IMG/VR virus record: IMGVR_UViG_3300025666_000002
Coordinates: 76,788-140,787 of that record
Direction: 5' to 3' (one strand)
Length of the DNA: 64,000 nucleotides
Source: a virus
Shown here: one piece after another, positions 20,528 through 29,715 of the stretch
How positions within the stretch are numbered: position 1 is the stretch's first letter
How the letters are laid out: each line of letters opens with the position of its first letter
Notes under the pieces: model-generated
Database searches by the model: none
What the model saw: the letters and a program-made list of their open reading frames with translations, nothing else
What the model was told of the DNA's origin: nothing
Translations under genes and position numbers: made by a program

Positions 20528-21249
20528 TAGAATTTACCAATGCCACCTATTTTTTGTGCTCTTCTGCGCCAAAGGTCTAAAACTTCAGCTCTTGTTTCAT
20601 TATCTATCACATCTTGTTCTTGTTGAACGTCTAAATATCTGTTAATAGCATCTGCAATCGACTCTTTACGTTTCTTAGCCTCATACCTTAAGCCTTGTAG
20701 ATTAGCATCTACTTCTTTTGGTAGCATCAAGTAATGATACTTTGGTAAGAAGCCCATTTTAATCAAGGCTCGCATTTCAGAGTCATCTTCATCTGGTTTG
20801 CCCATTCTGTAGTTTCCGACACTTTTACCGTCTTGGGTAATATGTTCCATCTCGTGGCGCATTACGTCGGCAAGGTGCATATAGACCGTTTGCCATTCGC
20901 CAGGCAGCCACTCATCGTTGATTGCAAAGTCAATTAAGATATAAGGATCCTGATCCACTAGATCGCCTTCATCATCGTAATACTCATCTCTACCGTCAGC
21001 GCCAGTTGAATCTAAGACTTCAAAGCCTTTTATCTGCTGACCTTCAACGTCACCAAAGTAGATCGTTGAAGTAAGATCAAAGATTAGTCCACGCTCTTCA
21101 ACGCTTAGCATAAAGGTCGATAGCTTCTTGCCACTCTTCCAGTCTTTAATCCACTTCTTAAAGTTTTGGCTCACGAGTTTATTGGCTAAGCCATCGTACT
21201 TGCTTCTGCCTTCGTTGATAAAATCATTATAAGTCTCTATATGCCTCAT
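20527..21249 (-). CDS. zincin-like metallopeptidase with capsid-targeting-like N-terminus
   Basis: HEMEH (HExxH) plus downstream EVDA; MRHIETYNDFINE. Confidence 0.6.
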   Translation of the reverse strand: MRHIETYNDFINEGRSKYDGLANKLVSQNFKKWIKDWKSGKKLSTFMLSVEERGLIFDLTSTIYFGDVEGQQIKGFEVLDSTGADGRDEYYDDEGDLVDQDPYILIDFAINDEWLPGEWQTVYMHLADVMRHEMEHITQDGKSVGNYRMGKPDEDDSEMRALIKMGFLPKYHYLMLPKEVDANLQGLRYEAKKRKESIADAINRYLDVQQEQDVIDNETRAEVLDLWRRRAQKIGGIGKF

Positions 21250-21263
21250 GGTTTATATATCAT

Positions 21264-21292
21264 AAAAAAGAGGAGCCACAACGTGACTCCTC
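21264..21292 (-). terminator. intrinsic terminator
   Basis: AGAGGAGTCAC-gtt-GTGGCTCCTCT followed by T run on minus strand. Confidence 0.65.
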
Positions 21293-21316
21293 TGCTAAAG
21301 CTAAACTAAGGCCTAA

Positions 21317-21592
21317 TCAACTATTCACGGCATTTGTCTGGGTGTTGCCTTCAGGTGACGATGTGAATACCTCATCTAGAACCTGCATGCAACCATCTGC
21401 ATCTGCGATTGCAGATACCAATTTGTCCATTTCGTCAACAATGTGCGGGTGCTCCCCGATCCCAGCCGAATTTGACATATAGTTTTCTAGTTCAGCTAAT
21501 GCTTCAAGCTTTCTAGCTTGATAGCGCGCTTTAAGTGCTTGTAATTTAAGATTTGCCATTTTGCTCTGTATTTGATTTACGTAGTTCTCCAA
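21317..21592 (-). CDS. conserved small phage protein
   Basis: GIGEHPHIVDEMDKL motif; true start may be MANLKL. Confidence 0.7.
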   Translation of the reverse strand: MENYVNQIQSKMANLKLQALKARYQARKLEALAELENYMSNSAGIGEHPHIVDEMDKLVSAIADADGCMQVLDEVFTSSPEGNTQTNAVNS

Positions 21593-21773
21593 TAATCTCT
21601 CCTAGTCCGCTAAAAATAATAGCTGGAATAGCAAATAACCAAAATCTATCAGAACCAATGTTCATGATAGCAACAATCCAAAAGATAGTTGACTGAATAG
21701 ACATTTGGTATTTAGAGCAGATTCTAAGGAATGCTCTAAAACCACTAGCCAATTTAGATAAAATGTTTTTCAT
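21546..21773 (-). CDS. small membrane protein
   Basis: two hydrophobic segments. Confidence 0.55.
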   Translation of the reverse strand: MKNILSKLASGFRAFLRICSKYQMSIQSTIFWIVAIMNIGSDRFWLFAIPAIIFSGLGEIIGELRKSNTEQNGKS

Positions 21774-21787
21774 AAATATTTTAATGC

Positions 21788-22705
21788 TTATACGAGTTCT
21801 AATGTGTATTGTTTCAGATAACGTTGCACTGCCTTCTCTTTAGCCTTGGCTTCTATCTCAATGTCAAGGTCTAGGCCGTAGTCGTCAATCGGATCATAGA
21901 TGTAATCGGCATGTGCGCGGTTCATTACACTTTCATCTTCGTAAACGCATTTAGCTGAAGAGTAATGGCAAAGTTGTTTGATTGATCTGTGCCAAGTCTT
22001 ACTAGCAAGTCGGAGCGCTGCTTCTTGATCTAAATGGCCTGGATGGCACCAGTGATGATGATAGTCAAAAGTGATTGGTATATTAAGGTGAGTGTAAAGA
22101 CCGTCATAGAGGTCCTCTACTGCGTACTGAGACCGCTTGTCGTCGTTCTCTACAACAAGACGTGCTTGTGTAGTCGGTTTAAGCAATTTAAAGTTCTGTC
22201 TGAATCTAGCCAGACATTCTTGCTTGCCACCTTGAGTTGTATTAACATGAATGTTGATTGCAGCGTAATGAGTCTCTGGTAAACCCATAAGATCCATGAT
22301 CTCAGCATGTTGGTCTAATTCTCTAATAGTCTTGTCAACTACAGCCTGATTTGTGCTAGCAAGCACGTTGAAATGACCAGGGTGAAAGGTCAGGCGTTGA
22401 CCGTATTTCTTTGCCAGATGACCCACACCGTTGAGTAGGATTGAGATCTTCTTATAGTCTGGTAAGTCTTTGAGTTCGTATTCACTCATCCATGGAAAGA
22501 TGTCGCTGGACATACGGTAAAGCGTAATGCCGTTCTTATGGTTCCACTTGATGATCTCAATTAGATCTCGGATGTTGTTTAAGGTTAGTTCTGATGCGTA
22601 TGCAATGCCCTTTTCTTGAAAGGTGCGTTTAATCATACCACGATTGGTAGTGATCTTGTCTTTGCGTAGTTCAATATTGATACAGCAGTAGCCTAAATTA
22701 GTCAT
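21788..22705 (-). CDS. uvsE: UV DNA damage endonuclease UvsE
   Basis: LGYCCIN, RMSSDIFP, RLTFHPG, ENDDK, FDYHHH, HAD, EAKAKE. Confidence 0.93.
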   Translation of the reverse strand: MTNLGYCCINIELRKDKITTNRGMIKRTFQEKGIAYASELTLNNIRDLIEIIKWNHKNGITLYRMSSDIFPWMSEYELKDLPDYKKISILLNGVGHLAKKYGQRLTFHPGHFNVLASTNQAVVDKTIRELDQHAEIMDLMGLPETHYAAINIHVNTTQGGKQECLARFRQNFKLLKPTTQARLVVENDDKRSQYAVEDLYDGLYTHLNIPITFDYHHHWCHPGHLDQEAALRLASKTWHRSIKQLCHYSSAKCVYEDESVMNRAHADYIYDPIDDYGLDLDIEIEAKAKEKAVQRYLKQYTLELV

Positions 22706-22898
22706 CTTGGTTATTTTTAAAGAGGTGTATGAAAAGGTTTCGTATAAACATAATAGTATAGATTGGCCAGATTAGACCGACTGCAATCCGCTCTTTCATT
22801 GTAAAGCGTAGAGCCTTATTGCCCAACTTATCTACAAGCAAGTCGTAGATAAAGTTGAACAGGATTCCTCCAAGTAAGTAGTAAATAATGTGTTGCAT
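22698..22898 (-). CDS. small membrane protein (start MQHII at 22898)
   Basis: two hydrophobic segments, LIWP motif. Confidence 0.6.
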   Translation of the reverse strand: MQHIIYYLLGGILFNFIYDLLVDKLGNKALRFTMKERIAVGLIWPIYTIMFIRNLFIHLFKNNQDD

Positions 22899-22899
22899 C

Positions 22900-23310
22900 T
22901 TAGCCCCAGTCTTTTTCGAATGTGTACCAGTGGTCTGCACCAGCGCAATCACGATGCGCGTCGACCACGATAGTTATAGCATCTTCTTTAGTGATAGTTT
23001 CAAGAATGTGCTTAATATTCATCTCAACAAGCTCTTCGTTCTCAAACTTATTCCAGGCCCAATTGCCAAGACCTGTTGTTAGTCGAGAAACTATATTATC
23101 AAGATGGTTAAAGCGACTGCCTTGGTGATAGTCACCGTTAGGGTCTGCTGCAATAATTCTACTCCAGATTTCATTAAGACCAAGATCTAAGCGGACCTTT
23201 AAGATGGTAGACTCGATTAGATCTTTTGATTTTAGAGCTGCTTGGTAACCATATCCACCAACACCATTACAGTGGACTTCGTTTGCGTTAAATGTATATT
23301 CCATGTTCAT
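22900..23310 (-). CDS. hypothetical protein (start MNMEY at 23310)
   Basis: start corrected to follow the stop of 23315..23578. Confidence 0.65.
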   Translation of the reverse strand: MNMEYTFNANEVHCNGVGGYGYQAALKSKDLIESTILKVRLDLGLNEIWSRIIAADPNGDYHQGSRFNHLDNIVSRLTTGLGNWAWNKFENEELVEMNIKHILETITKEDAITIVVDAHRDCAGADHWYTFEKDWG

Positions 23311-23314
23311 AATT

Positions 23315-23578
23315 TTAGTCGTTAATAATAAGCGCTTTGAGACCATCGTTAGTTTTATATCGCCAGCCGTAGATTTCTTCAGCATCGCGATCGATACCAC
23401 ACATCTTAAAACTCTTGAGATTACCAGTCTTAGGGTTCTTAATTATCAGGGTCGTTGCTGGAGTTCCAATGCCAAGCATACTTGCTTCTTGTACAAACGC
23501 CTTGTTATCCTTTTGCCAGTCGAATTGTCCAACCTCGAAGAATTGCATTGTTCCGTTATCGTTCCAAAATGGTGTCAT
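23315..23578 (-). CDS. hypothetical protein
   Basis: directly downstream of a class I promoter repeat. Confidence 0.65.
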   Translation of the reverse strand: MTPFWNDNGTMQFFEVGQFDWQKDNKAFVQEASMLGIGTPATTLIIKNPKTGNLKSFKMCGIDRDAEEIYGWRYKTNDGLKALIIND

Positions 23579-23590
23579 AATTGCTTTGTT

Positions 23591-23654
23591 TTAATTACAG
23601 TGTAAATATAAACAAAAAGATTGACACTAGAAAACTTTTTTGCAACTTTTTTGC
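23591..23654 (-). promoter_or_regulatory. class I (early-type) ~65-bp promoter repeat, copy 1
   Basis: TGCAAAAAAGTTGCAAAAAAGTTTTCTAGTGTCAATCTTTTTGTTTATATTTACACTGTAATTAA on minus strand. Confidence 0.8.
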
Positions 23655-23678
23655 AAAAAAAAGGGCCCCAATGGGGCC
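23655..23678 (-). terminator. intrinsic terminator
   Basis: GGGCCCCA-t-TGGGGCCC inverted repeat + T8 on minus strand. Confidence 0.65.
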
Positions 23679-23703
23679 CAAGATCTATCTTGTTCAATCT
23701 AAA

Positions 23704-24390
23704 TTATCTAAATCTCATCTTAGGAACAGATACCTTCGGCATGTTCATCTTTGGCATTGCATTTGCCGGAGTTCGAGGCGGCATCTTAGGACTTGGTATT
23801 TCCTTTTGGCCTGTTGTGTTCGGTATTTCAGGTGATGGTCGTTGAGCATCTAAAGCCGGTACTCTGCCCATACTTGACTTAGGCGTAGAACGTGTATTTT
23901 CATTAGAATCAGGCCCGTCATCACTTTTAGGGTTTGTTATATTACTAACACTTTCAATGGCATATTCTCTTAGCTTATTAATAGCTTCTTCTTTTCTAGT
24001 CTTTAACCAGTCGCTAACATAAGATTTACCAGAGTTATAAATATTTGAAACTATATTACCATCAGCATCACTCTTTGCATCCACTTTCGTTTCATTAATA
24101 GGAGCTAAGTCTGATTTTTCTGAGGATTTAGCGCTAGACTTATTTTTCATGTCATTTACGCTTAAACCGTCTGAGCCTTTAGCTGGATCTTCAGCGTTAT
24201 TGACCTTATTTAAACCTTGGCCCTCTTTTGCAGAGAGTTCGCTCTGATTGTCGGTAATCTTAGAGCTACCGTTATTACTCGCATCGGATGTTGTACTTGT
24301 GAGATCTTGAGATACTGTAGGATCAGGCGTGCCGTTAATCTTACTCAACACGCTATTCTCTGATCTAAATTTAAGACTATCTCCTGCCAT
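23704..24390 (-). CDS. low-complexity Ser/Lys/Asn-rich protein with Pro/Met-rich C-terminus
   Basis: 228-aa ORF, GATATATA immediately upstream. Confidence 0.65.
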   Translation of the reverse strand: MAGDSLKFRSENSVLSKINGTPDPTVSQDLTSTTSDASNNGSSKITDNQSELSAKEGQGLNKVNNAEDPAKGSDGLSVNDMKNKSSAKSSEKSDLAPINETKVDAKSDADGNIVSNIYNSGKSYVSDWLKTRKEEAINKLREYAIESVSNITNPKSDDGPDSNENTRSTPKSSMGRVPALDAQRPSPEIPNTTGQKEIPSPKMPPRTPANAMPKMNMPKVSVPKMRFR

Positions 24391-24404
24391 AACATATATA
24401 TCCT

Positions 24405-24431
24405 AAAAAAGCCAGACCGAAGTCTGGCTTT
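24405..24431 (-). terminator. intrinsic terminator closing the ncRNA pair
   Basis: AAAGCCAGAC-TTCG-GTCTGGCTTTTTT, UUCG tetraloop. Confidence 0.85.
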
Positions 24432-24438
24432 AAAGTTA

Positions 24439-24684
24439 TAACAGGATCGTGTTCGTATTATTCAGCTCGGCAGCTATATCTCTTTTTACATCTTAGACTT
24501 CTGCTTCGACGGCCTACTATACTTCAGCTGGTCTGGTGCTTCTTCGTCAACAGTGAGAAGTTGATGGCGTGCTTGTAGTTTTCAACCAGGGCACTGCTTT
24601 CCGGGTCTTGTTAGCTCAATACAACCGAAATTGCTTCGCTAACTCTGTCATAGTATATAAGGTACTGTTTGCTGTACCGATCCT
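24439..24684 (-). ncRNA. candidate Y-RNA-like structured ncRNA 2 (~245 nt)
   Basis: 5' AGGAUCG pairs with 3' CGAUCCU; ACAGCAAAC just inside the 5' strand; 3' tail GUUA; no long ORF. Confidence 0.6.
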
Positions 24685-24685
24685 T

Positions 24686-24751
24686 TAACAGGTTTCTTGA
24701 ACTTTAACTTGATATTTGCTTGTAAGTATTGTAGTTTGCTGTAAGAAACCT
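24686..24751 (-). ncRNA. candidate Y-RNA-like ncRNA 1 (~66 nt)
   Basis: perfect 9-bp terminal stem AGGUUUCUU/AAGAAACCU, then ACAGCAAAC; 3' tail GUUA. Confidence 0.6.
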
Positions 24752-24797
24752 TATTTTGTTTATATATTAAAGAACTCTACGTCTATTGTTGCCATGT

Positions 24798-26243
24798 TTA
24801 CGCTTTAATGTTTTTATACCTTTCGCCCATGATTGTTTCATCCATGATACTAGCTGGCGTAAACTCTTCAGCTGCTATAACCGAAGTCATAATTGCTGGT
24901 GAGAATCCACTGATCAGCGCAGTACCTTGCTTGTCAAATCTAACTGGAGACTGACCATTTCTAGACTGAATGTTCCAGTATACGATCTTTGGCATTTTAT
25001 AACCAGCGTCATTGTACATTTTCTCAATCATTTGTTGAGCAGTTGGGTTCCATTCAGCAGTATTGTCATTTCTGCCCCAGTAACCTCTAGTTGAAGTTGC
25101 TTCGTCAAACTCCATATCTGATAGGATCAAGATCTTATCAGGCATTTGGTCTTGTGAGACGCTGTGCTTTACAGCCTGGTCTAGGACTTGCTTAAAGGCT
25201 GCTTCAAGGTTAGTGTTCATTGCCCACTCTGATCGGCTTAACTGTTGGAATCTGTCTTTCAAGCTTCCAGTCAAGATCTGTAATTCTGGCTTACCGCTGA
25301 AAGTTAAGAACGCATCTTTAAAAGGACCCACATTCTTTTCAGAAATATAGAGACCTAATGAAACTGCAACATCCATACAAGTTACGTTTGGATTACCGCC
25401 AGCTGGAGTATTCATTGAACCTGAAACGTCTACCATTGGCAAGATCATTTCGTTGGCTCCTTCCATCCAGTTTGGTAGTGCTTTCCACTGCTCGGTCGCA
25501 ACGTCAGCGTTTCCTCTGTGCAGAGACTTAGTAATATCGTAAGGATAAACTGCACCAGCATTGATCTTAGCCTCACCTTTTTGCAGTTTACCAATGTAGG
25601 CCTCGTATTGATCCTTAGCATTCTTCCAGAACGCTTTTTGATAACGAGCACCTGCAACTGAAGGCAGTTTAGAGAAGTCAATGTCTTCCCACTTCTTAGC
25701 ACACATTAGCTGCTCAACTACGTTAGTTAGACTAACCAGAACCTTACGGTAAAGCTTTGGCGTTAAGCCCATATGATTACGTAACTTAGCTGCAGTAACT
25801 CCTTTACGTGGCATCCACTTTGCACACAGTCCATTTTGATCTTCAAGAAGAGCCTTTTGAATTAGGTTAAAAGCATCCGCTTGTAATTTAGTGTCCTCAA
25901 GGACTAGAAGGTCATCCCAACGTCCGAATTCTGGAATTAGGTTGAGGTTTATCTTCAAGGCTTCTGGATGAGACTCCAACAAGTAGCCCATAATATCACG
26001 GAAGATTTGACGCTCTCCAGCTCCACCGCGAACATCACGAGCCCAGAACAAGATTTTCATTGCTCGAGTCGGATCTTGGTAAAATGCCTTTGAGAAAGTT
26101 GCGATTAAACGATCTTTGTCTTGACCGCGCATAGCACCTATATTAAAGAATAGGTCTACAACTGCGCTTAAAGAGCTACTGTTGGTTGCCATGCCATTTT
26201 CAGTCAAACAGTCCTCTTGACGAAGTGCGTCTACTAGTTTCAT
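24798..26243 (-). CDS. DUF2828-family TROVE/Ro60-like helical domain plus vWA domain protein
   Basis: TENG, WARDVRGGAGER, FGRWDDL, AKWMPR; vWA MIDAS DVSGSM, TFS, ILSDMEFD, YWN, SGFSP. Confidence 0.85.
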   Translation of the reverse strand: MKLVDALRQEDCLTENGMATNSSSLSAVVDLFFNIGAMRGQDKDRLIATFSKAFYQDPTRAMKILFWARDVRGGAGERQIFRDIMGYLLESHPEALKINLNLIPEFGRWDDLLVLEDTKLQADAFNLIQKALLEDQNGLCAKWMPRKGVTAAKLRNHMGLTPKLYRKVLVSLTNVVEQLMCAKKWEDIDFSKLPSVAGARYQKAFWKNAKDQYEAYIGKLQKGEAKINAGAVYPYDITKSLHRGNADVATEQWKALPNWMEGANEMILPMVDVSGSMNTPAGGNPNVTCMDVAVSLGLYISEKNVGPFKDAFLTFSGKPELQILTGSLKDRFQQLSRSEWAMNTNLEAAFKQVLDQAVKHSVSQDQMPDKILILSDMEFDEATSTRGYWGRNDNTAEWNPTAQQMIEKMYNDAGYKMPKIVYWNIQSRNGQSPVRFDKQGTALISGFSPAIMTSVIAAEEFTPASIMDETIMGERYKNIKA

Positions 26244-26307
26244 ATCGATAAGTTTAAAGTTCAGTAGTATATATTATGATACTACCAAAAAGTTTCAACT
26301 AGAGCAC

Positions 26308-26336
26308 AAAAAAAGGCCAAACAAATGTTTGGCCTT
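26308..26336 (-). terminator. intrinsic terminator
   Basis: AAGGCCAAACA-tt-TGTTTGGCCTT followed by T run. Confidence 0.7.
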
Positions 26337-26358
26337 CAATTTATAACTTATTGTTAGC

Positions 26359-26421
26359 TTATGCTAGTCCATGTTCGTATCTTAAACTCTTCCATCTGCG
26401 CCAACATGTAAATTCTCTCAT
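26359..26421 (-). CDS. possible 20-aa microprotein MREFTCWRRWKSLRYEHGLA
   Basis: ATGA overlap with marC stop; ends before terminator. Confidence 0.3.
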   Translation of the reverse strand: MREFTCWRRWKSLRYEHGLA

Positions 26422-27023
26422 ATTGTGTTTATTACGCTAGAAGCATATTGAATGCTTAGTAGCAGGTTCTGTAACAGGATCTTCATGCCTATTGCAATCA
26501 GGATAATACCGAAGACACGTTCGACGATGATAATGCCAGTTGTGCCAACTTTGTTTTTAATCCAATCCGCACTCTTGAGAACGAGATAGATCACAACAGA
26601 GTTTAAGACAATTGCAACTACAATCTCAAGTTTAGTAAACTCACTTGTCAGTGACATAATCGTCGACAGAGTACCCGGCCCGGCTATTAACGGAAACGCA
26701 ACTGGAAATATAGTAGCCTTCATGGCCTCTTTTTTCTGCTGCCCGTTATCATCAATACCAAGTACCATCTTAACGCCAAAGTAGAGGATTAAGAATGAAC
26801 CTGCAAGGCCGAAGTGAAACGTTTCGATGCCCAAGAGTTGAAAGACATATGTACCTACAAAGAGAGTGCCTATCATAATACATGCTGCAATATAAGTGCC
26901 CTTAAATGACTCTATTTCGCCATGTGTCTTTCTGAGCTTAATAATCAGCGGCACGTTACCGACCATGTCGATAACCGCAAATAATGTTAACGTTGCTGTT
27001 AAAATATTGAGTATTGTTTGCAT
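26418..27023 (-). CDS. marC: MarC family membrane protein
   Basis: six hydrophobic segments, FPVAFPLIAGPG, ERVFGIILIAIG. Confidence 0.9.
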   Translation of the reverse strand: MQTILNILTATLTLFAVIDMVGNVPLIIKLRKTHGEIESFKGTYIAACIMIGTLFVGTYVFQLLGIETFHFGLAGSFLILYFGVKMVLGIDDNGQQKKEAMKATIFPVAFPLIAGPGTLSTIMSLTSEFTKLEIVVAIVLNSVVIYLVLKSADWIKNKVGTTGIIIVERVFGIILIAIGMKILLQNLLLSIQYASSVINTI

Positions 27024-27044
27024 TTCTATATTAGTATAAGTTTA

Positions 27045-27260
27045 TTAATATAAGTAATTTTCTACCGCTGTGTAAACGAAATCTGAATCTTCATTCATTT
27101 CCTCTACTTCATCCTCAGTGGCATCTCGAAAGGTACCGTCCTCGTTTTCAATAGTTGCACTAGCGATATAAGCATCGCAGAAATCTGGATAGTCTCTTGT
27201 ATCAATTCCATCTACTTCAATGTCGTGTACTTTACTGTAATCTAATTCTACTTTAGTCAT
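27045..27260 (-). CDS. small acidic phage protein
   Basis: DGIDTRDYPDFCDAYI motif. Confidence 0.7.
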   Translation of the reverse strand: MTKVELDYSKVHDIEVDGIDTRDYPDFCDAYIASATIENEDGTFRDATEDEVEEMNEDSDFVYTAVENYLY

Positions 27261-27287
27261 AATTTTTATTTTTTAATGGTTTAACTT

Positions 27288-27337
27288 TTAATTATAGAAC
27301 AAATATAAACATAATATTTGAATCGGTAAAACTTTTT
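27288..27337 (-). promoter_or_regulatory. class I promoter repeat, degenerate copy 2
   Basis: AAAAAGTTTT...GTTTATATTTGTTCTATAATTAA. Confidence 0.55.
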
Positions 27338-28379
27338 ATGAAGTTTTTTCATTAAAAGGCTTCTCGTAAGCCGGTTTTATCATCTTCCAGATTAATTGTT
27401 TCACTTTATCTTCTTTAGTGTTATACATAGCAAAAATAAGTCCATGATTGACTCCATTTAACTCTTGAACTCTCAGTGCAAATTCTTTACGATCAAGTCC
27501 ATATCTAAGAGTGCTGGAAAGATGTGCCATATGCTGATTGAAAACAAAATCATACTCTTCTTTCAAGCGCACTTCCAGTTGGTTAACCCAATCGTAGAAC
27601 TCATCCGGAACATCTTTCAACATCTCTTCAGGTAACTTACCAAAAGTCTTTAAGTTTTCCCAGACATCGTAAGAAGAACAGTTAGTCAAGACTCGGTGTA
27701 ATTTCACATAGTCAGCAAACTTGATCTTACAACGATCTCCATTAGAGAACCTAACGATAAAACCCTCTTTGTTATCCCAGTTCAGCTTTTGAATCTCATT
27801 GTAGTCCTTAAAGTCATACCTCTTAACGATGTTAAAAATGCTGTTCTGCCAGTAATCCATACCCAACTCTTCACCAGAAGCAGTATGAATCTCACCTAAC
27901 ATAACTACATCCTCCATGTCACCATAGTTTACAACGATCCGGTTTTCAGGGTAAATAATCTCAAACATGTAAGTATTAGTCACTGTAAGGTGAGAGGTCA
28001 TATACTTGCTTGTGAAGATCTCCTTAAACTTTAAGGCCTGCTCAGAGGTAAAAGAACCACGTGATGCAAAGACCCATTCACCGTTGTAGTAGAACATGAT
28101 GCCTAATGAACCATCCATCTTCTCGTAGATCTCAAATTCATTTGTTGCAGTGTGCTTGTTCTCCTCGATGTTAAAGAACTTCTTGAATGGACGAGCAACA
28201 ATAGTACCCATATCATCTACTACAAGTCCACGGCACTGAAGAGTAACCTCGTCCCAATGTGCATCATACTGAGTTGCTTGAGAGTAGTTGTAAATAGTTA
28301 ATGGCAGAGTTGGGTGAGTCTGTGAGATCAGCCAACCTTCCGCTACATATCTGTCTAATATGTCTTTAGTTATCTTCAT
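27336..28379 (-). CDS. T4 Rnl1-like RNA ligase
   Basis: CRGLV, ARPFKKFFN, EKMDGSL (motif I), SRGSF, FEII, EGF, KIK. Confidence 0.9.
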   Translation of the reverse strand: MKITKDILDRYVAEGWLISQTHPTLPLTIYNYSQATQYDAHWDEVTLQCRGLVVDDMGTIVARPFKKFFNIEENKHTATNEFEIYEKMDGSLGIMFYYNGEWVFASRGSFTSEQALKFKEIFTSKYMTSHLTVTNTYMFEIIYPENRIVVNYGDMEDVVMLGEIHTASGEELGMDYWQNSIFNIVKRYDFKDYNEIQKLNWDNKEGFIVRFSNGDRCKIKFADYVKLHRVLTNCSSYDVWENLKTFGKLPEEMLKDVPDEFYDWVNQLEVRLKEEYDFVFNQHMAHLSSTLRYGLDRKEFALRVQELNGVNHGLIFAMYNTKEDKVKQLIWKMIKPAYEKPFNEKTS

Positions 28380-28572
28380 ATGCTCCGAATGTTTCTTCCC
28401 ATTCCTGCGGGGTTATACCGCTGATTAAGAACTCACGCTCGTCAGGGCGCAACTGTGGAATTGCCTTTTGAATTAATGTACCTCTTTGCCAGCGATCAAG
28501 CTGTTCTTGAGTAACATTAAGGTCCATCGTGTGAACCTTGCCGGTCAATTGTGATTTCTTTGTGATTTCCAT
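28366..28572 (-). CDS. conserved small phage protein
   Basis: LIQKAIPQLRPDEREFLISGITPQEWE. Confidence 0.75.
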   Translation of the reverse strand: MEITKKSQLTGKVHTMDLNVTQEQLDRWQRGTLIQKAIPQLRPDEREFLISGITPQEWEETFGAYEDN

Positions 28573-28733
28573 TATCCTACCATTATTTCTTGAACAGCAT
28601 CAGCCATCCATACGTTATCTTTACCGAGCTCTTTGCGCAATTCAATCTCTCTGGCGATTGCTTGTGAAATGTTGTTGGTTCTAAGGTCGTTGATGATTTC
28701 TTGTCCGTTCCAGTATCTTACTAAATATCTCAT
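28572..28733 (-). CDS. hypothetical protein (start MRYLVRY at 28733)
   Basis: start corrected to lie downstream of promoter repeat. Confidence 0.6.
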   Translation of the reverse strand: MRYLVRYWNGQEIINDLRTNNISQAIAREIELRKELGKDNVWMADAVQEIMVG

Positions 28734-28743
28734 GTTGTTGCTT

Positions 28744-28808
28744 TTAATTACAGTACTAATATAATAAAAAAGCCTGACATAAAAAAATGTCAGGCCAATT
28801 ATTTTGCA
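28744..28808 (-). promoter_or_regulatory. class I promoter repeat copy 3 with embedded terminator hairpin
   Basis: GCCTGACAT-tttttt-ATGTCAGGC-TTTTTTATTATATTAGTACTGTAATTAA. Confidence 0.75.
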
Positions 28809-28836
28809 AAAAGTTATTAACAATTTGTCATATTCG

Positions 28837-29715
28837 CTAGTAACTCCAGTCTGCAGCAACGCTTAATTCTAAGCCATGTTTATCTGTAAATTTCTGAAGT
28901 GCGTCGATAATTTTTGACTGTAACTTCTCGAACTTAGTGTATTCTTTGCTCATTGTTGCATCACTACCATACTCATCTGGATGTCTATACTGTCTAGGCT
29001 CATCTATTTTCATACGAACCTCTCCGTGTTTCATAACTAGAGTAGGTTGTCTTGTATCAATACCCAGCTTTCTGGCTATGTCCTTCATTGCATAGTAGTC
29101 CTTGCTAACTTTATCACTTAAAGTATTGAATTGCTTTTCAATTGCAGCTCTATTCTTAGCAATCTTCTTAGCCTCTCTTGGATTAAACGGAGCACCATGT
29201 TTCTTCTCATATTCGGCAAATATTTTTACAATATCTTCTAGCATTTCATCGTGCTTTGAAATTGCTTTATATGTACCGTATGTTACATATTTCTCAATTG
29301 GTTTTCCACCGTTTGGATTTGGTAATCCTTCGAAGTAGTGGCCTACAGAATATCCTGGACCTCGTGTACTATCACCTGAAGTATATGAAAGAGGAGCATC
29401 TTTGTAAGTAGTTGTGCCCATACCAACAACACCAATACTTAGGACTAGGTTACCTCCATAGTTCCATTCTGATCTATAGACTGAAACCTCAAGTCTAACT
29501 GGTAGTGCTTTCTTTAAGAATTTAACAGCCTTAATACCTTTACCAAAGTTTAGGTTAGATTTAAGAGCTTGTTTTGCCTCTGGTGAGTTCTTAATTCTCT
29601 TTAAGAAGTCACTTGCTGACATCTTTTCATGTTGATTGAAAAGCGGCTCGTTGTTAATTTTATCGAAGATAAACTCTTCGTTTACGAATTGTTCGTATAG
29701 TCCTACTTTCTTCAC
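28837..29715 (-). CDS. hypothetical protein with capsid-targeting-like N-terminus
   Basis: MKKVGLYEQFVNEE. Confidence 0.7.
   Translation of the reverse strand: MKKVGLYEQFVNEEFIFDKINNEPLFNQHEKMSASDFLKRIKNSPEAKQALKSNLNFGKGIKAVKFLKKALPVRLEVSVYRSEWNYGGNLVLSIGVVGMGTTTYKDAPLSYTSGDSTRGPGYSVGHYFEGLPNPNGGKPIEKYVTYGTYKAISKHDEMLEDIVKIFAEYEKKHGAPFNPREAKKIAKNRAAIEKQFNTLSDKVSKDYYAMKDIARKLGIDTRQPTLVMKHGEVRMKIDEPRQYRHPDEYGSDATMSKEYTKFEKLQSKIIDALQKFTDKHGLELSVAADWSY

Noticed and set aside
24439-24684. RNA2 as tmRNA or tRNA
   Set aside because: No T-loop (GTTCRA) plus acceptor/CCA end and no convincing tag reading frame found by eye.
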